Made by a program: the position numbers and the translations under genes. Below the pieces are notes generated by a model. It was not told the DNA's origin. It saw nothing but the letters and a program-made list of their open reading frames with translations, and did no database searches. Shown one piece after another: positions 49,701 to 62,534 of a DNA stretch of 64,000 nt; position 1 is the stretch's first letter, and every line of letters starts with the position of its first letter. Origin of the DNA: Ptychomitrium polyphyllum (Eukaryota); contig OZ316775.1 in assembly GCA_973851085.1 (NCBI GenBank), positions 19,034,001-19,098,000 on the forward strand, read 5' to 3'.

Positions 49701-52438
49701 ATTCTGAAATTGAGAGCTTGCCAGAATCTTTTGGTGAACTTGTGAAGTTGAAAGAATTGTATTTGAATGGATGTGCACAACTCAAAAAGTTGCCCGCTTC
49801 TTTTGGGCGTTTGAGTGAATTGCAGAGGCTGCACCTTGATGGTTCTGGAATGGAGAGCTTGCCAAAGTCTTTTGGTGAGCTGGCAAATTTGGAAGTGTTG
49901 GATTTGAATGGATGTAGACAACTAAAAAAACTGCCTATTTCTTTCGGGCACATGAGTAATTTGGTGGCGCTTCAACTTCAACTTTCTGGAATCGATAGCT
50001 TGCCAGAGTCTTTTGGTGAGCTGGCAAATTTGAAAGTGTTGGATTTGAATGCATGTGGACAACTCAAAATGTTGCCTGCTTCTTTTGGATGTTTAAGTAA
50101 TTTGCAGATGTTTTTCCTTGGTGGTTCTGGAATCGAGAGCTTGCCAGAGTCTTTTGGTGAGTTGGCAAAGCTACAAATATTGTCATTAAATGGCTGTAAA
50201 GAACTGAAAATGCTGCAAGATACTTTTGGGCGTTTGAATAAGTTGCAAGAGCTTGTCTTTAATAATTCTAGAATTGAGAGCTTGCCGGAGTCTTTTGGTG
50301 AATTGGCAAAGCTACAAGTGTTGTCATTAAATGGTTGTGGACAACTAAAAATGCTGCAAGCTTCTTTTGGGCATCTAAGTAATTTGCGGATACTTCTTCT
50401 TGATGGTTCTGGAATTGAGAGCTTGTCGGAGTCTTTTGGTGAGCTGGTAAATTTGAAAGAATTGTATATGACCAATTGTGGAGAATTCAAATTGCTGCCT
50501 ACTTCTTTTGGGCGTCTAAGTAATTTGGAGGAGCTTCATCTTGGTGGTTCTGGAATTAAGAGCTTGCCGGAGTCTTTTAGTGAGCTGGCAAAGTTGGAAG
50601 GGTTGTATTTGAGTGAATGTGGACAATTTAGAATGCTCCCTGCTTCTTTTGGGCATTTGAATAAATTGCAAAGGCTTCACCTTTATGGTTCTGGAATTGA
50701 AAGCTTGCCGGAGTCTTTTGGTGAGTTGGCAAAGTTGGAAGAATTGTATTTAAGTGGATGTAGACAACTCAAAATGCTACCTGCTTCTTTTGGGCATCTA
50801 AGTAATTTGCAGAAGCTTCATCTTCATGATTCTGGAATTGAGAGCTTGCCGGAGTCTTTTGGTGAGTTGGCAAAGTTGGAAGAATTGTATTTAAGTGGAT
50901 GTAGACAACTCAAAATGATACCCGCTTCTTTTGGGCGTTTAAGTAAATTACAAAAGCTTCACCTTGATGGTTCTGTAATCAAGAGCTTGTCAGAGGCTTT
51001 TGGTGAGTTAGCAAAGTTGGAAGAGTTGTATTTGAGTGGATGTGGACAACTCAAAATGCTCTCTGCTACTTTTGGGCGTTTGAGTAAATTGCAAAGGCTT
51101 CACCTTGATGGTTCTAGAATTGAGAGCTTGCCAGAGTCTTTTAGTCAGCTGGCAAATTTGGAAGTGTTGTATTTGAGTGAATGTGAACAACTCAAAATGC
51201 TACCTACTTCTTTTGGACTTCTAAGGAATTTGGTGGAGCTTCGGCTTGAACTTTCTGGAATTGAGAACTTACCAGAGTCTTTTGGTGAACTCGCAAAGTT
51301 GAAAGAGTTGTATTTGAGTGGATGTGGACAACTCAAAATGTTGCCTGCTTCTTTTGGGCATGTGAGTAATTTGGAGGAGCTTCAACTTCAATTTTCTGGA
51401 ATGGAGAGCTTGCCGGAGTCTTTTGGTGAGCTAGCAAAGTTGGAAGTGTTGTATTTGAGTGGATGTGGACAACTAAAAATGCTACCTAAATCTTTTGGGT
51501 GTTTAAATAATTTGCAGAAGCTTCACCTTCATGGTTCTGGAATTGAAAGCTTGCCGGAGTCTTTTGGTGAGCTGGCAAAGTTGGAAGAGTTGTATTTGAG
51601 TGGATGTAAACAACTCAAAATGCTCCCTGCTTCTTTTGGGTGTTTGAGTAATTTGCAAGAGCTTCTCCTTGGTGATTCTGGAATCGAAAGCTTGTTGGAG
51701 TCTTTTGGTGAATTGACAAATTTGAAAGTGTTGAATTTGGGTGGCTGTGGACAGCTTAAAATGCTTCCTGTTTCTTTTGGACATTTGAATAAATTACAGA
51801 GGCTTCACCTATATGGTTCTATAATAGAAGGCTTGCCAGAGTCTTTTGATGAGCTGACAAAGCTACAATTGTTGTCATTGAGTGGATGTGGACAACTCAA
51901 AACACTACCTGCTTCTTTCGGACATCTGAACAATTTGCAGGAGCTTTTCCTTGGTGGGTCTGGAATTGAGAGCTTGCCACATTCTTTTGGTACGCTGACA
52001 AATTTAAAGGAGTTGTATTTGAGTGGATGTAGACTACTTAAAATTCTTCCAGCTTCTTTTGGGCATATGAGTAATTTGGAGGAGCTTCAACTTCAACTTT
52101 CTGGAATTGAGAGCTTACCGGAGTCTTTTGGTGAGCTGACAAATTTAAAAGCGCTGTATTTGAGTGGCTGTGGACAACTCAAAATGCTTCCCGCTTCTTT
52201 TGGGCATGTGAGTAATTTGGAGAAGCTTCACCTTGGTGGTTCTGGACTTGAGAGCTTGCCGGAGTCTTTTGGTGAGCTAGCAAAGTTGAAAGAATTGGAT
52301 TTGAGTGGATGTGGACAACTCAAAACGCTATTTGCTTTTTTTGGGTGCCTTAGTAATTTGCAGAGGCTTTGCCTTGATGGTTCTCAAATCAAGAGCTTGC
52401 CAGAGTCTTTTCATGAACTTGTAGAGTTGAAAAACTAG
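46721..52438 (+). CDS. TIR-NB-ARC-LRR immune receptor (TNL), 4 exons: 46721-46787, 46947-47400, 47496-48615, 48842-52438; ~1745 aa
   Basis: TIR YDVFISHRGPDTK...SEWCMREL; P-loop GMGGIGKST; kinase-2 LLVLDDV; RNBS-B IVTSRD; GVPL; MHD; 23 tandem 47-aa double-LRR units; introns join in phases 1, 2 and 0. Confidence 0.93.
49150..52438 (+). repeat. 141-bp coding tandem repeat (47-aa double LRR) x ~23
   Basis: Repeating LPESFGELxKLxxLYLSGCxQLKMLPASFGxLSNLxxLxLxGSGIES. Confidence 0.95.
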
Positions 52439-53480
52439 ATTTGAGGTGGTATTAACAATTCAAGATGACCCCTACTTTTTTTTGGACATTTGAGTAATGT
52501 GGAGGAGTTTCTCCTTATATTTGGTTTTGGAATTAACAACTTATTGGAGTTTCTTTGATGAATTGATAAACTTTAGAAGTTAGATGTTAGTAATTTTGAA
52601 GAATTCAAGATGGTGCTTACTTCTTCTAGAAGACCCTAAACTTTTGAAGAATTTTACTTCGTGGATCTTTCAATTGAAGATTTGTCAGAGTCTTTTTAAT
52701 AACAACTTAAAATATGCGGATAACTTATTTTCTATCCAACGTTCAAAATGCTATGTATTTCTTTTGAAGGTCTCAAAAATATGCTGAAGCTTTAGCTTCA
52801 ACATCATAGATTGGAAAGTGCTTTGGCTATTTGAAGAACTTGGAAATAATAAATATGTATCAATGTATATAAATTGTGATATTGCTCTATTAATTTTTGG
52901 AATTTAAAAAATCTTCAATATTAAATCTTTCAAAGTTTTAGAATATAATCTTGCTAGAATATTTTGGAAAGCTGAGCTAAGTAGAAATTTTGGATGTAAG
53001 CATATGTAAGCTTTAGGTCACATCTTAATTCATTTAATAGTCTTTTAAATATGAAGAGTTCATAGCTTGGTTATTGGAGAATTGGTAGCTTGCCAATTTC
53101 CTTCAAAGAATTATTTTTGTTGCAAAGATTAATCATAAGCCACTCTTGGAAGCTTATCATGCTATTATATTTATTTGTGAACCTTAAAAACCTAAAGGAT
53201 TTTAATCTTGAATGTTTAGCAGTGTTTGTAAATTTGTCCACGTTTTTGGAATACTTGAGCAACTTGGAATGTATGTATTGTGAAAAGCTCATTATGCCAT
53301 CAAATGCATTTATTTGGTTGTGAAGTCATAGAACATTGACTTTATGTAGAAATAGAATAGAAAATTTACATGAATCAATTGGATAGCTCAAAAACTTGCA
53401 AGTGGTGGATCTTTATTATTGGTGAGGCTTGAAAACTTATTTTCAATCCTTAACATAGCCTAAGAACTTGCGCATGTTAG
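52439..53480 (+). pseudogene. Decayed LRR-repeat remnants downstream of the TNL stop codon
   Basis: Sequence directly after TAG still follows the repeat (ATTTGAGGTGGT...TTTGGACATTTGAGTAAT...TGGAATT), with frameshifts and stops accumulating distally. Confidence 0.75.
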
Positions 53481-53759
53481 GTTTTCAAGATTGCCTTACA
53501 AGCACGAGCTTTGATTCACATCAATAAGAGTTATTAGGAAATTGTAGATTGAAGCTACAGTTCAACAACAATACGCTGTTACAAATTGTGGTGCAAATTC
53601 TATTTGAAAATGTCAACACATAAGGAGCTTTATTTTGCTATAAAAGAGAACCGCGTGTCTTAGACATACATAATAGAAGCTTAGGAAGGTTTCTAAGAAA
53701 TCCAAGAAGGTCAAGGAAGTTCTAAAGAAGATACTTTGGCTAAAAGAGCTTCTAATGAA

Positions 53760-54070
53760 GGTGTTAGGAACATAAGAAACAAAAAACAGGCATACGTGCT
53801 TCTTAAAAATTAGCTTCTCAAGAACTTATGGTGAATTAGAATTGATACAAAAACTAGAACAAAGGTATATTACAAGTATGGTTAACAACTTGTGTTGTCA
53901 AGACTAAGGTATACTTTGCATTACCTCCTATTTATATTCTGATGCTTCAGTTTCCTAGGAAACTTTTGAAAAAACTTCCTATGGACCTTAAAATTGTCTT
54001 CAAAGCTTGAGGAACGTTCTTTAGATTTTTCCTAAAAAGTTGAACCTTTCTAAGAAGTTTTTTAAGGAAT
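53760..54070 (-). mobile_element. Fragment of the same LTR family as 57133/62534
   Basis: ACAACTTGTGTTG...AAGG.ATAC.TTG..T.CCTC.TATTTATA is shared with ~62095-62147, followed by similar TTCCTAAGAAG-rich sequence. Confidence 0.65.
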
Positions 54071-54076
54071 TGAATA

Positions 54077-55533
54077 GTAAAGGCAGAAATTATCTTTTAA
54101 ATATTTCCTTGCCCATTGATCAATGTTCACTTAGTAATTAGCTAGGCATTCTTTATTCAAGAACTACACTATAGTCTCGACATATAGAATAGACTAAACA
54201 ATCCTCAAATCAGTCCTAGACTACCAATTCTAGACTAATATCCTATTAATACACTTGATGATTGGAATACAAAGAGGAAGAAGGCGCAAGAAAAACTCGA
54301 TTAGGATTCAAAAAGTATACAAGGAATTAACTAACTTTGGACTTTTTATTAAAAATTGTACTAGGGTATTAATTACATGCCACCTTTAAAGACAGTGCTG
54401 CTTTATCACAATAGTTTACTGACCTAATGTACATCTAAATTCAAAATTCTAATTCTGTCGGTTGTTGAATACTGATGGTCAATTACAAAGGTCATATTAC
54501 TAAGAAGAGATCATTTCTTATTAAATATTTTATTAGAAGCTTTTATATAATTCTCTTCCAATAATATCCTCTCATTATTGTCAATTACCAAGTTCTAATT
54601 ATTGATTGTCAAGTATCAGTTATTGAGCACTCAGTTGAAGGGGGTATGATTCAAGGTATCATATGGTAATTGATCCTTAATATTATCTCCATCTTATTCA
54701 AAGTATATTCTTATATATTTCATTTGGTATGGAAGAAAAAATGAGTTGAAAAACAAATAAAGAAAGAATGACATGAATCTAAAGCTAAGGTGCAATGATG
54801 CCTTGACTATTGCTGTAAGTTGGCTTGACAATGACGGAGATGATTGAAGCTTTGAGTTTGGTGGTGGCGGCTAGAGATGGAATGATTGGTGGAAGTGGCG
54901 AGGTTGCAATTATTAAAGGTTAATTATGGATTTATACTTCAGGTTGGCAATGTTCTTAATTTAAATGCTCGGTAACCAATATTTGATAGCAAATAATTAA
55001 ACATTGGTAATTGAAGGTAACAAGCAATTAATATTTAATAACAATTACGAGAAATCTTCTAAGTAACATATTTAATAAGGAATAATCCCTTCTTGGTAAT
55101 TTATCCTTGAAAACTGACTATCAATAATAAATCCTTAATAATCAACAATAAATAGGATTGAAACTTTGAATTCAAATGTACATTAGGTAAGTAAACTATT
55201 GTAATAAAGCATTGCCGTCTTTAAAGAGCCATGCAATTAAGACACTAGCATAGTTTATAATATAAAATTTGAAGCTAGCAAATTACTTGCATGCTTTTTG
55301 GACCTTATTCAAGTTTTTTTTGCATCTTCTTTTTCTTTGTATTTGGATCATCAAGTATATTAGCAGGCTGTTAGCTTATGATTGATAATCTAGGACTAAT
55401 TTGAGGATGATTTAGTTTATACTATAGATTAAGACTATAATGTAGTTTTTGATTAAGGAATTTTGAGCCGGTCATCGATTAAACAGTGAATAACAAATTG
55501 GGAAAAACTCAAACAAGTATTTTTGCCCTTTAC
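54077..55533. mobile_element. Non-autonomous fold-back / long-TIR DNA element (~1.45 kb, TIRs ~500 bp)
   Basis: 54077-~54600 is a diverged reverse complement of ~55000-55533 (e.g. AATAGTTTACTGACCTAATGTACAT vs ATGTACATTAGGTAAGTAAACTATT; CCTCAAATCAGTCCTAGA vs TCTAGGACTAATTTGAGG); no ORF. Confidence 0.8.
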
Positions 55534-55546
55534 AACAACTGCAAGG

Positions 55547-56690
55547 TGTCGCAACCCTTGTAATGCACCTTAGTAAGCGTTACGCGCGTCAACCTTATAC
55601 ACCCCCACATGCATATGATTAATCCCCATTCTCACTCTCCAAGTTTTTTTATCATTTCTCTTAGGACACCCAATTGATTGGTAACCAATGGTTTGGTGCG
55701 GACTTCCATTCATGTCCAAGGCCTCACTTGGTGTTACTCTCATTCCACACGGCCTAACCGCACTTAGTGGTGTCTCCTCACCTCCACTCATGATTCCCAT
55801 GCGATCCTAAGATCACCCCGGGCCATCATGGTACCAGCGTGAAGACACCACCCCAACTTAGTGGTAACAAGCGTATCCTTTTGAACGTGCTAGTTCCCTT
55901 CGTGAAACCGGTCATTCACCGGCTTACAATGATGTGGGAGTCCCCGTGGTGAAGCCCTAACACTAGCTCCACCAACCGGTACTCACCCTTGGTTCCTATC
56001 GAGACATTAGGGGAGTGGGGAGGGGGACCAGCCTTCCCCTATAGTACTCTCTGTGGGATTTGGCAGGCCCCCTGGCCCTCTATAGCTGGCTAAACCCCGA
56101 CACATCTAAACTTTTGGAAGACCACCCGATCTCCCTTGGGACTTAGCCGCTGGAAGCCTCCGGGATTCCCTACGGACCTTCAAGGAGCCAAATCTTCCTT
56201 GTCTGGTGCCCGAATGTATCAAGCGACCACTTTATCGTCATTTACTCTTCGCGTAGATGTCGATAGACTCCTCAAACGTCCGATTTGAGTTAGTGATGTG
56301 GGAGATACGCCTCTCCCAAGGTTTGGGACTCCCAGGGAGTCCCTCCTTGGACTGTCCCACTCCAGTACAGTCACTGTGTGGGGCTGCCACAGTCCAGAAC
56401 AGCCCCTTGGCAACCCCAACTTTGGGATGCCATAACTTTTAGCTCTCTTGTTCGATTTGGGCAATCTTTAGCATTCTAGAATCAATTCTTTGTGATTTTT
56501 CCAATGCCTACGATTTATCCCTTGTGGCCCTCGATCTACATGGACAAGGATGTTTCTCCCCTTAGGGGTCTTTCCCACGCTAGGCCCATTTGGGTCCCCT
56601 CACTATCGGTGCCACAAGTCCCGGACGTCACTCTGGGGTCCCCTTTGTGCCCTTAGTATTGCGGGCATCCTCAAGGAGAGGTGCACAACA
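55547..56690. mobile_element. Solo LTR (1144 bp) with 5-bp TSD CAAGG
   Basis: TGTCGCA...GCACAACA termini; CAAGG at 55542-55546 and 56691-56695; GC-richer than flanks. Confidence 0.8.
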
Positions 56691-57132
56691 CAAGGTCGTC
56701 TGTTTTGTCACTGGAGAAGGAATTGTCAGGGTATCGATTATAAAAATCCTCAAATCTTGATTGTACAATGCTAAGCAAGATTGCTAAATTCAACATCCGT
56801 CATGACCTTTACGCCCATCACAATGGTTTGTCTCCTAGACCTCCTTGTCAAGTTAAATTTGATGTTCAATACACAAGTGTAAATGGAATTTTACCTTGTC
56901 CACATAGTTTGGATAGCTTGTCATTTGGTAACACGCTATTCTCAAGCAATTTTAACCATGAAACTTGCAACCACAGATAGGGAGGGACTATAGATTGATG
57001 ATTAAATGTATGCAACTATAAGAAATTAGAAAATGCACTCGCCGATTATAACTTTTGGCTAGTTGACTATGATGTGTGGAATACGTAACTGCGAATGTAC
57101 AATTATAGGTCTTTGGCAACCAAGGATGTGCG

Positions 57133-58146
57133 TGTCATGGACATAGGTTATGCAACATAGTCTTTAGAACCTTCTAAAACCTTTTGGCATATTATAGTAG
57201 CTTCTTAGAATACTGTCAATGCTTTCATAGTCGTTCCACATCTTTGGAAAGCTTTTTAAAAACATTCCAAGTCCTTGGAAAATTTCCTAAGAAGGTTCCA
57301 CTTACTTGAAAAACTTCTTAGAAAGGTCCCACGTCCATGAAAAATTTCCTAAGAAGGTTTTACTTTATTAAGAAATTTCCTAAGAAGATTCCATTATCTT
57401 AAGAGGCTTCTTGGAAAAGCTATATTGACTTCTAAAACATTCTTAAGCCTTGCAACAAGCTCCTTTAGAAGTATCGTAGGAGGTACAAGCCTCATATTAT
57501 AAATAAGAGGCAAGACAAGGTATTCCTTGGTCTTGCAAATATAAATTTTGGATCATATTGTATTCTGCCTTGCTCTAATCTTTGTATCGGTTCTTATTAA
57601 TCATTAGCTCTTTGGAAGTTGTTCATTAGGAGACACTTTATCTCTACTTTTTATTTCTTATGTTCCTAATAATTTGGTAAGATTATTCTTTATCTTTGTC
57701 AGAGTTAGGGATTTTGAAGAAGCTAGTGGATTATGCATCTTTTTTGGAATTCCATAGCATCTTAGTACTTGTGGATTACCCTCTTTTATGCTGATATCAT
57801 AAATTGATTTTTTTTCTTTTAAATAGCAAGTAATACTTCTTTTAAACAATTGATCAATCTTTCAAAGGATGTAAATTATCTCGTTTTGAACATAATCATA
57901 GTTTTCTTGTCTCTTACAATCTTAAATATGGATAACGTGCAAGAAACATGAGAAAATAGGTTTGCAACTATTATAGACCTTCAAGAGTTATTAAACACAG
58001 TTTAAATAAAGTTTGCTTGCTTCAATACCACCAACAATTTAGAGCAGTACATTTGACAAGCTAAAGAATTCAATAGCAATATTCAAAGTCTACATCAAGA
58101 GGTTGTTTAATTGCAAGAAGCCAATATTAGAAGAGAAAGCTTACGT
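57133..58146 (+). mobile_element. 5' LTR plus start of gag of a gypsy element, inverted relative to 61501-62534
   Basis: Starts TGTCATGGACATA; reverse-complement homology to 61501-62534 throughout, ending at ...GAAGAGAAAGCTTACGT. Confidence 0.8.
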
Positions 58147-59150
58147 TGTCATTGTAAAAGTAGCTGCTCCCTGAAACTCAAGGCAGTTGACCCAACTTCA
58201 GTCAAACTAGAACCACGGTCATATACTAACTCCAAATGGAGTGTGTGATGGCATTTTGAAAACCTTACAAACAAAGAAAGAAAATTCAATATTAATCAAT
58301 TTAAACTAAAAAGTGTACTATGAGCTATCACCCAAAGAAGGGCTGCCTTCTTATAATAGTGGGAGAGGACAAGAGAAAAGAAGGTGGTGGTCAAACCGCC
58401 ACATCCGCCCTTCATCACTCCACATCAGCTTTATTTCTCTCCACAGTTCCTAATTTCCTTTATCAAGCCCTTGTCTAACCATATTCTCAAATTAAAAATA
58501 ACCTAAATTCTTTTCTTTTGCTTTTCTTTATTTTCTTTCCTTTGATTGAAACATCTAGGCTCCAACTTTAAAAGAAAACTAAATCAATCCTCACAAATCT
58601 AGAATAGGATCTAAAACTAAAATAAATGAAAGAAAGTGGAAAAATAATGAAGTTCAATAAGAAACGAGTTAAGAATAATATCATCGTCGAAGTAGAATCA
58701 TACACCAAACCATGAACTTGATTGACTAGATAGTAAGACATTCTAGTCTTTCGGGTCTTCCAAAAGTGGCTCTTTTAATTTTTAACAAGATGATTAAAGC
58801 GCGAGCATTTGAATCAAGATTAGAATGTGAAAAGCAACTGGCCAATACTTCTGCGCAAAGTCGTATTCAACGTGGAAATGTTCCTCTCATACCTTTGCTT
58901 AGATCCTCTGTTATTGAAGGCTGAGAAAGTTAAGTTGGCTCAACAGATTAGTTGTTAATGAAGGCACGGCTGACTACTCTTCACGCATATCCATGATAAC
59001 AGGAAGATTTGACATACTAGCTGAAATCTAAAAATGATCTATCTTGAAAATAATACTCCATATAATTGAAGGTTTGGATATCTCTCTTCCCTTCTTATAC
59101 TTGTCTATGAAAGAAAAAATTCTCAATGAAGTTAATGGCTATTGATGACA
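58147..59150. mobile_element. Probable solo LTR of another family (TGTCAT...ATGACA), no matching TSD
   Basis: 6-bp terminal inverted repeat exactly at the points where both flanking gypsy copies break off. Confidence 0.5.
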
Positions 59151-62100
59151 TGCCATCACTGACCTGGTTTTTGAGAATATCTTTGATGAGATTTGCATAC
59201 GTTTCCAGATGCATTTGTTACATTCATCAAAGGTTCCCATGTTTGGTCATTGATGCCATTTTCTAGCAAATGTATGAGGTACTCTACACGTTCGTTCTTG
59301 ATGCGTGAATCTAAGATCTCTTCAATTTCATACTCCATTTCATTATTGATTTCTAGCAGAGGAGGCAGAGGGACAATTATCTCTGGTATACATGACTTCT
59401 AATAGGTTTCCAACAACGATACATGGAACACTGAATGAACTTGCATGTTTAGTGGTAGTTTGAAGCAAAAATTGACCAGATTTATTTGTTTGCTGATTTC
59501 AAACGGTCCCAACCTTTGATAGTCCAGCTTTTTTGACGATCTTTTTATTTCTCTATTTTGTCGTAAAAGCCACACACTATTTCCAACTTTGAACTTTGGA
59601 TGGTCCTTTTGATGATGATCTGCATAAGATTTGTAACGATTTTGAGCTTGTTGTAACTGGAAAGCAATTTCTTGGTAGATTTTAGCAAATTGAGTTGTAA
59701 AATCCTCCACTGTAGGACCTCCAACCTGCTTCATTTGAAATGGATTTGTTTGATGATGATGGCCATAGTTTGCAAAGAACAAACTTTGAGTTGTTGAAGA
59801 ATGCATCATATTATTGTAAGCAAACTTTGCCAAAGGCAAGAGGTCCATCCAATTGTCACGCTGGTAATTTATGCTATAATAAAGGTACTGCTCCAAAATT
59901 TGATTGACACGTTCGGTTTGACCATCAATTTGTGGATGGTATGCTGAAGAAAGGTTGATTTTTACGCGCAATAGCTGGAATAGAGCCTTTTAAAAGTTGG
60001 AAATGAACTGCGATAAGTTATAAATAGGTCTAAAAGGTGGTTGGGTTCCTTCTTGCAACTCAATGGTACAATCGCAAGGCCAATGCTTTGGTAATATGTC
60101 CGCATTCTTTGTTTCAAAAACGTCTTTATAATCTTGATATTGACGAGATATGTTTTTATAAGTTTCTATTATAGAGCTCGACATTGGTTGGCATAAATGG
60201 CATAAATTGGTTCATGCTTTGCCGCTCTCATGAATGCCTTACCTCTAATAAATGATAGTCCAAGATTTCTCGTAACTTCACGTCTTTTCCTTGAAACTAC
60301 ATTCCGTAAGTGCCAATCAATGTCTGGATTATGTAATTCAGATTAAGGAAGGTCCAAGACAATAGGATTTGTTTGGCATTGAATGATATTAAAAACAATC
60401 TTAGATGATTGGTCTCTTAAATCAACCTCCAAGGGTTGAATTTCTTTAGCTACAGTACTAGACGCAAGAGATCGTCCATTGATAATTTCAGCAAGTGCGG
60501 GATGTTTTTTGTTCACAAGCATCATGTGTTGTTTGGTTGCAAAATCCTTGTCTATAAAACATGCCGTTGCACCAGTGTCTAAAAGAGCTTCACTAACTAT
60601 CTCATCATCTAATAATTTAATTTTGATAGGAAACTTAAAGTAAGAGGTAGGGCCTAAAGGTAGTAAGAGACCTTGATTTGATGGTCGTTTTCTTGTGGTG
60701 TCTAGTCTCATGGTCCCTATTGTGACTAGACAGCCATGTTTTCTAATTCCACCACTGTGCTTTGAACCTTAAAGGCAGATCCTTTGATTTGGCAATTTGG
60801 GCACTTTACAATACAAATATAAGTTTCCTTTCTGACGCCTTCTTTTTTCTTTGGCAGTGAAACGTCTAAATTGAGTATCATTATTTTGAATAGGTTCTAG
60901 TCCTTATGGTCAATTTTCTAATACTTTTGATGAAGTGATTCTTATAATTTGATATACCGGTTATTATGTCAAGCGTTGTTCTTGGTGCCTCTCAAATAGT
61001 GTATTGTCACATGATATTGCTTGAGTGATGAATTCGTCCAACATTTCAACCTTTGGCATTGTAAACAACAAATCCTTCATATTATCTTCTAAGCCCCATT
61101 GGAATCGTGTGACCAAGGCCTTATCATTCTAGTCAAGGTCGCAAGCTAGTTGTCAAAACTCTGCAGCATATGTAGCAGCCGAGTGCTGTCCTTGTTGTAG
61201 ACTTTGGATCTTTGTTTCAGCTATCCTCTCTCGGTAGGTGTCTCAAAAAGTAAATGTCAATGCTTCTATGAAAGTATCTAAATTCAATAATGGTAACTGC
61301 TTCTCCATTAGTGGTGCAAACTACAATCGTGTATTGTTTGATAAACGAGTGGCCACAAATCCCACTTGAATTGTGTGATCAAGATAGCGAAATTGATGGA
61401 AACTAAGGAAGAGTCTTACTTGTTGAATAAAGCCTCTCAATTTTGATCTTGATCCATCGAACTTGTTTGGCATGCTAATCTTTGGCTCTGCATTGGTTTG
61501 ACGTAAGCCTTTTCTTCCAATATTGGCCTCTTGCAATCAAACAACCTCTTGATATAGACTTTGAATATCGCCATTGGATTCTTCAGCTTACCGAGTGTGT
61601 TGCTCTGAATTGTTGGTAGTATTGAAACAAGCAAATTTTATTCAAACTATGTTTAATAACTCTTGAAGGTCTGCAAGAGTTGCAAACCTATTCTTTGATG
61701 TTCCAAGCACTTGATCCATAACTTGAAACTGTTAAAGACAAGAAGACTATGAGTACCTTTAGAGGAAGTTAATCCACGTCTTTTGAAAGATTGATTGTTC
61801 TTCAAAAGAAGAAGTACTTGGCTTAGAAAGAGAATTCAACTTTATGCTATCAATTTAGAGGAGGATAATTTGCAACTTCTAAGACGCTATGGGATTTGAA
61901 TGAAGATGGATAATCCACTATTTTCTTCAAAGAACCTTGGCTTTGACAAAGTTGAAGAGTAGTCTTGCTTAACTATTAGGAACACAAGAATCAAGAAGTA
62001 GAAACAAAGTGTTTCCAAGAATTAACTTCCAAAGAGCTAATAATTAACATGAACTTTATACAAAGATAAAAACAAGGCAGGATACAAGATGATTTACAAC

Positions 62101-62534
62101 TTGTGTTGGCACGACGAAGGAATACCTTGTCTTGCCTCTTATTTATACTATGACTCTAATATCTCCTAAAATACTTCTAAGGAAGCTTCCTTCAAGGCTT
62201 AAGAATGTTTTAGAAATCTATAGAACCTTCTCAAGAAGCTTTTTAAGATGTTGGAACCTTCCTAAGAAGTTTCATAAGGTGGTGGAATCTTTTGAAGAAG
62301 TTTACCTAGGAGATAGAACTTTCATAGGAAGTTTTTTGAGGTGGTAGAACCTTCTTAGGAAATTTTCCAAAGAAGTAGAATCTTCTTAGGAAGTTTCTTA
62401 AGGTGGTGGAACTTTCACAAGAAATTTTCCAAGGACTTGAAAACGGCTAAAGAGACATTGAAAGTATTTTAAGAAGCTACTATAATATATTAGAAGGTTC
62501 TAAAGAATATGTTGCATGATTTATATCCGTGACA
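59151..62534 (-). mobile_element. Degenerate Ty3/gypsy chromovirus: LTR, gag, protease, internally deleted RT/RNaseH, integrase, chromodomain
   Basis: gag ISMPNKFDGSRSKLRGFIQQVRLF; protease ALLDTGATACFID; PFRPIYNLSQ; integrase SSAYHPQIDGQTERVNQILEQYL, LGPFEI, VHSVFHVSLL; chromodomain EYEIEEILDSR...TWEP; multiple stops and frameshifts. Confidence 0.92.

Noticed and set aside
49000..51784. Repetitive - strand ORFs
   Set aside because: Antisense shadows of the LRR exon
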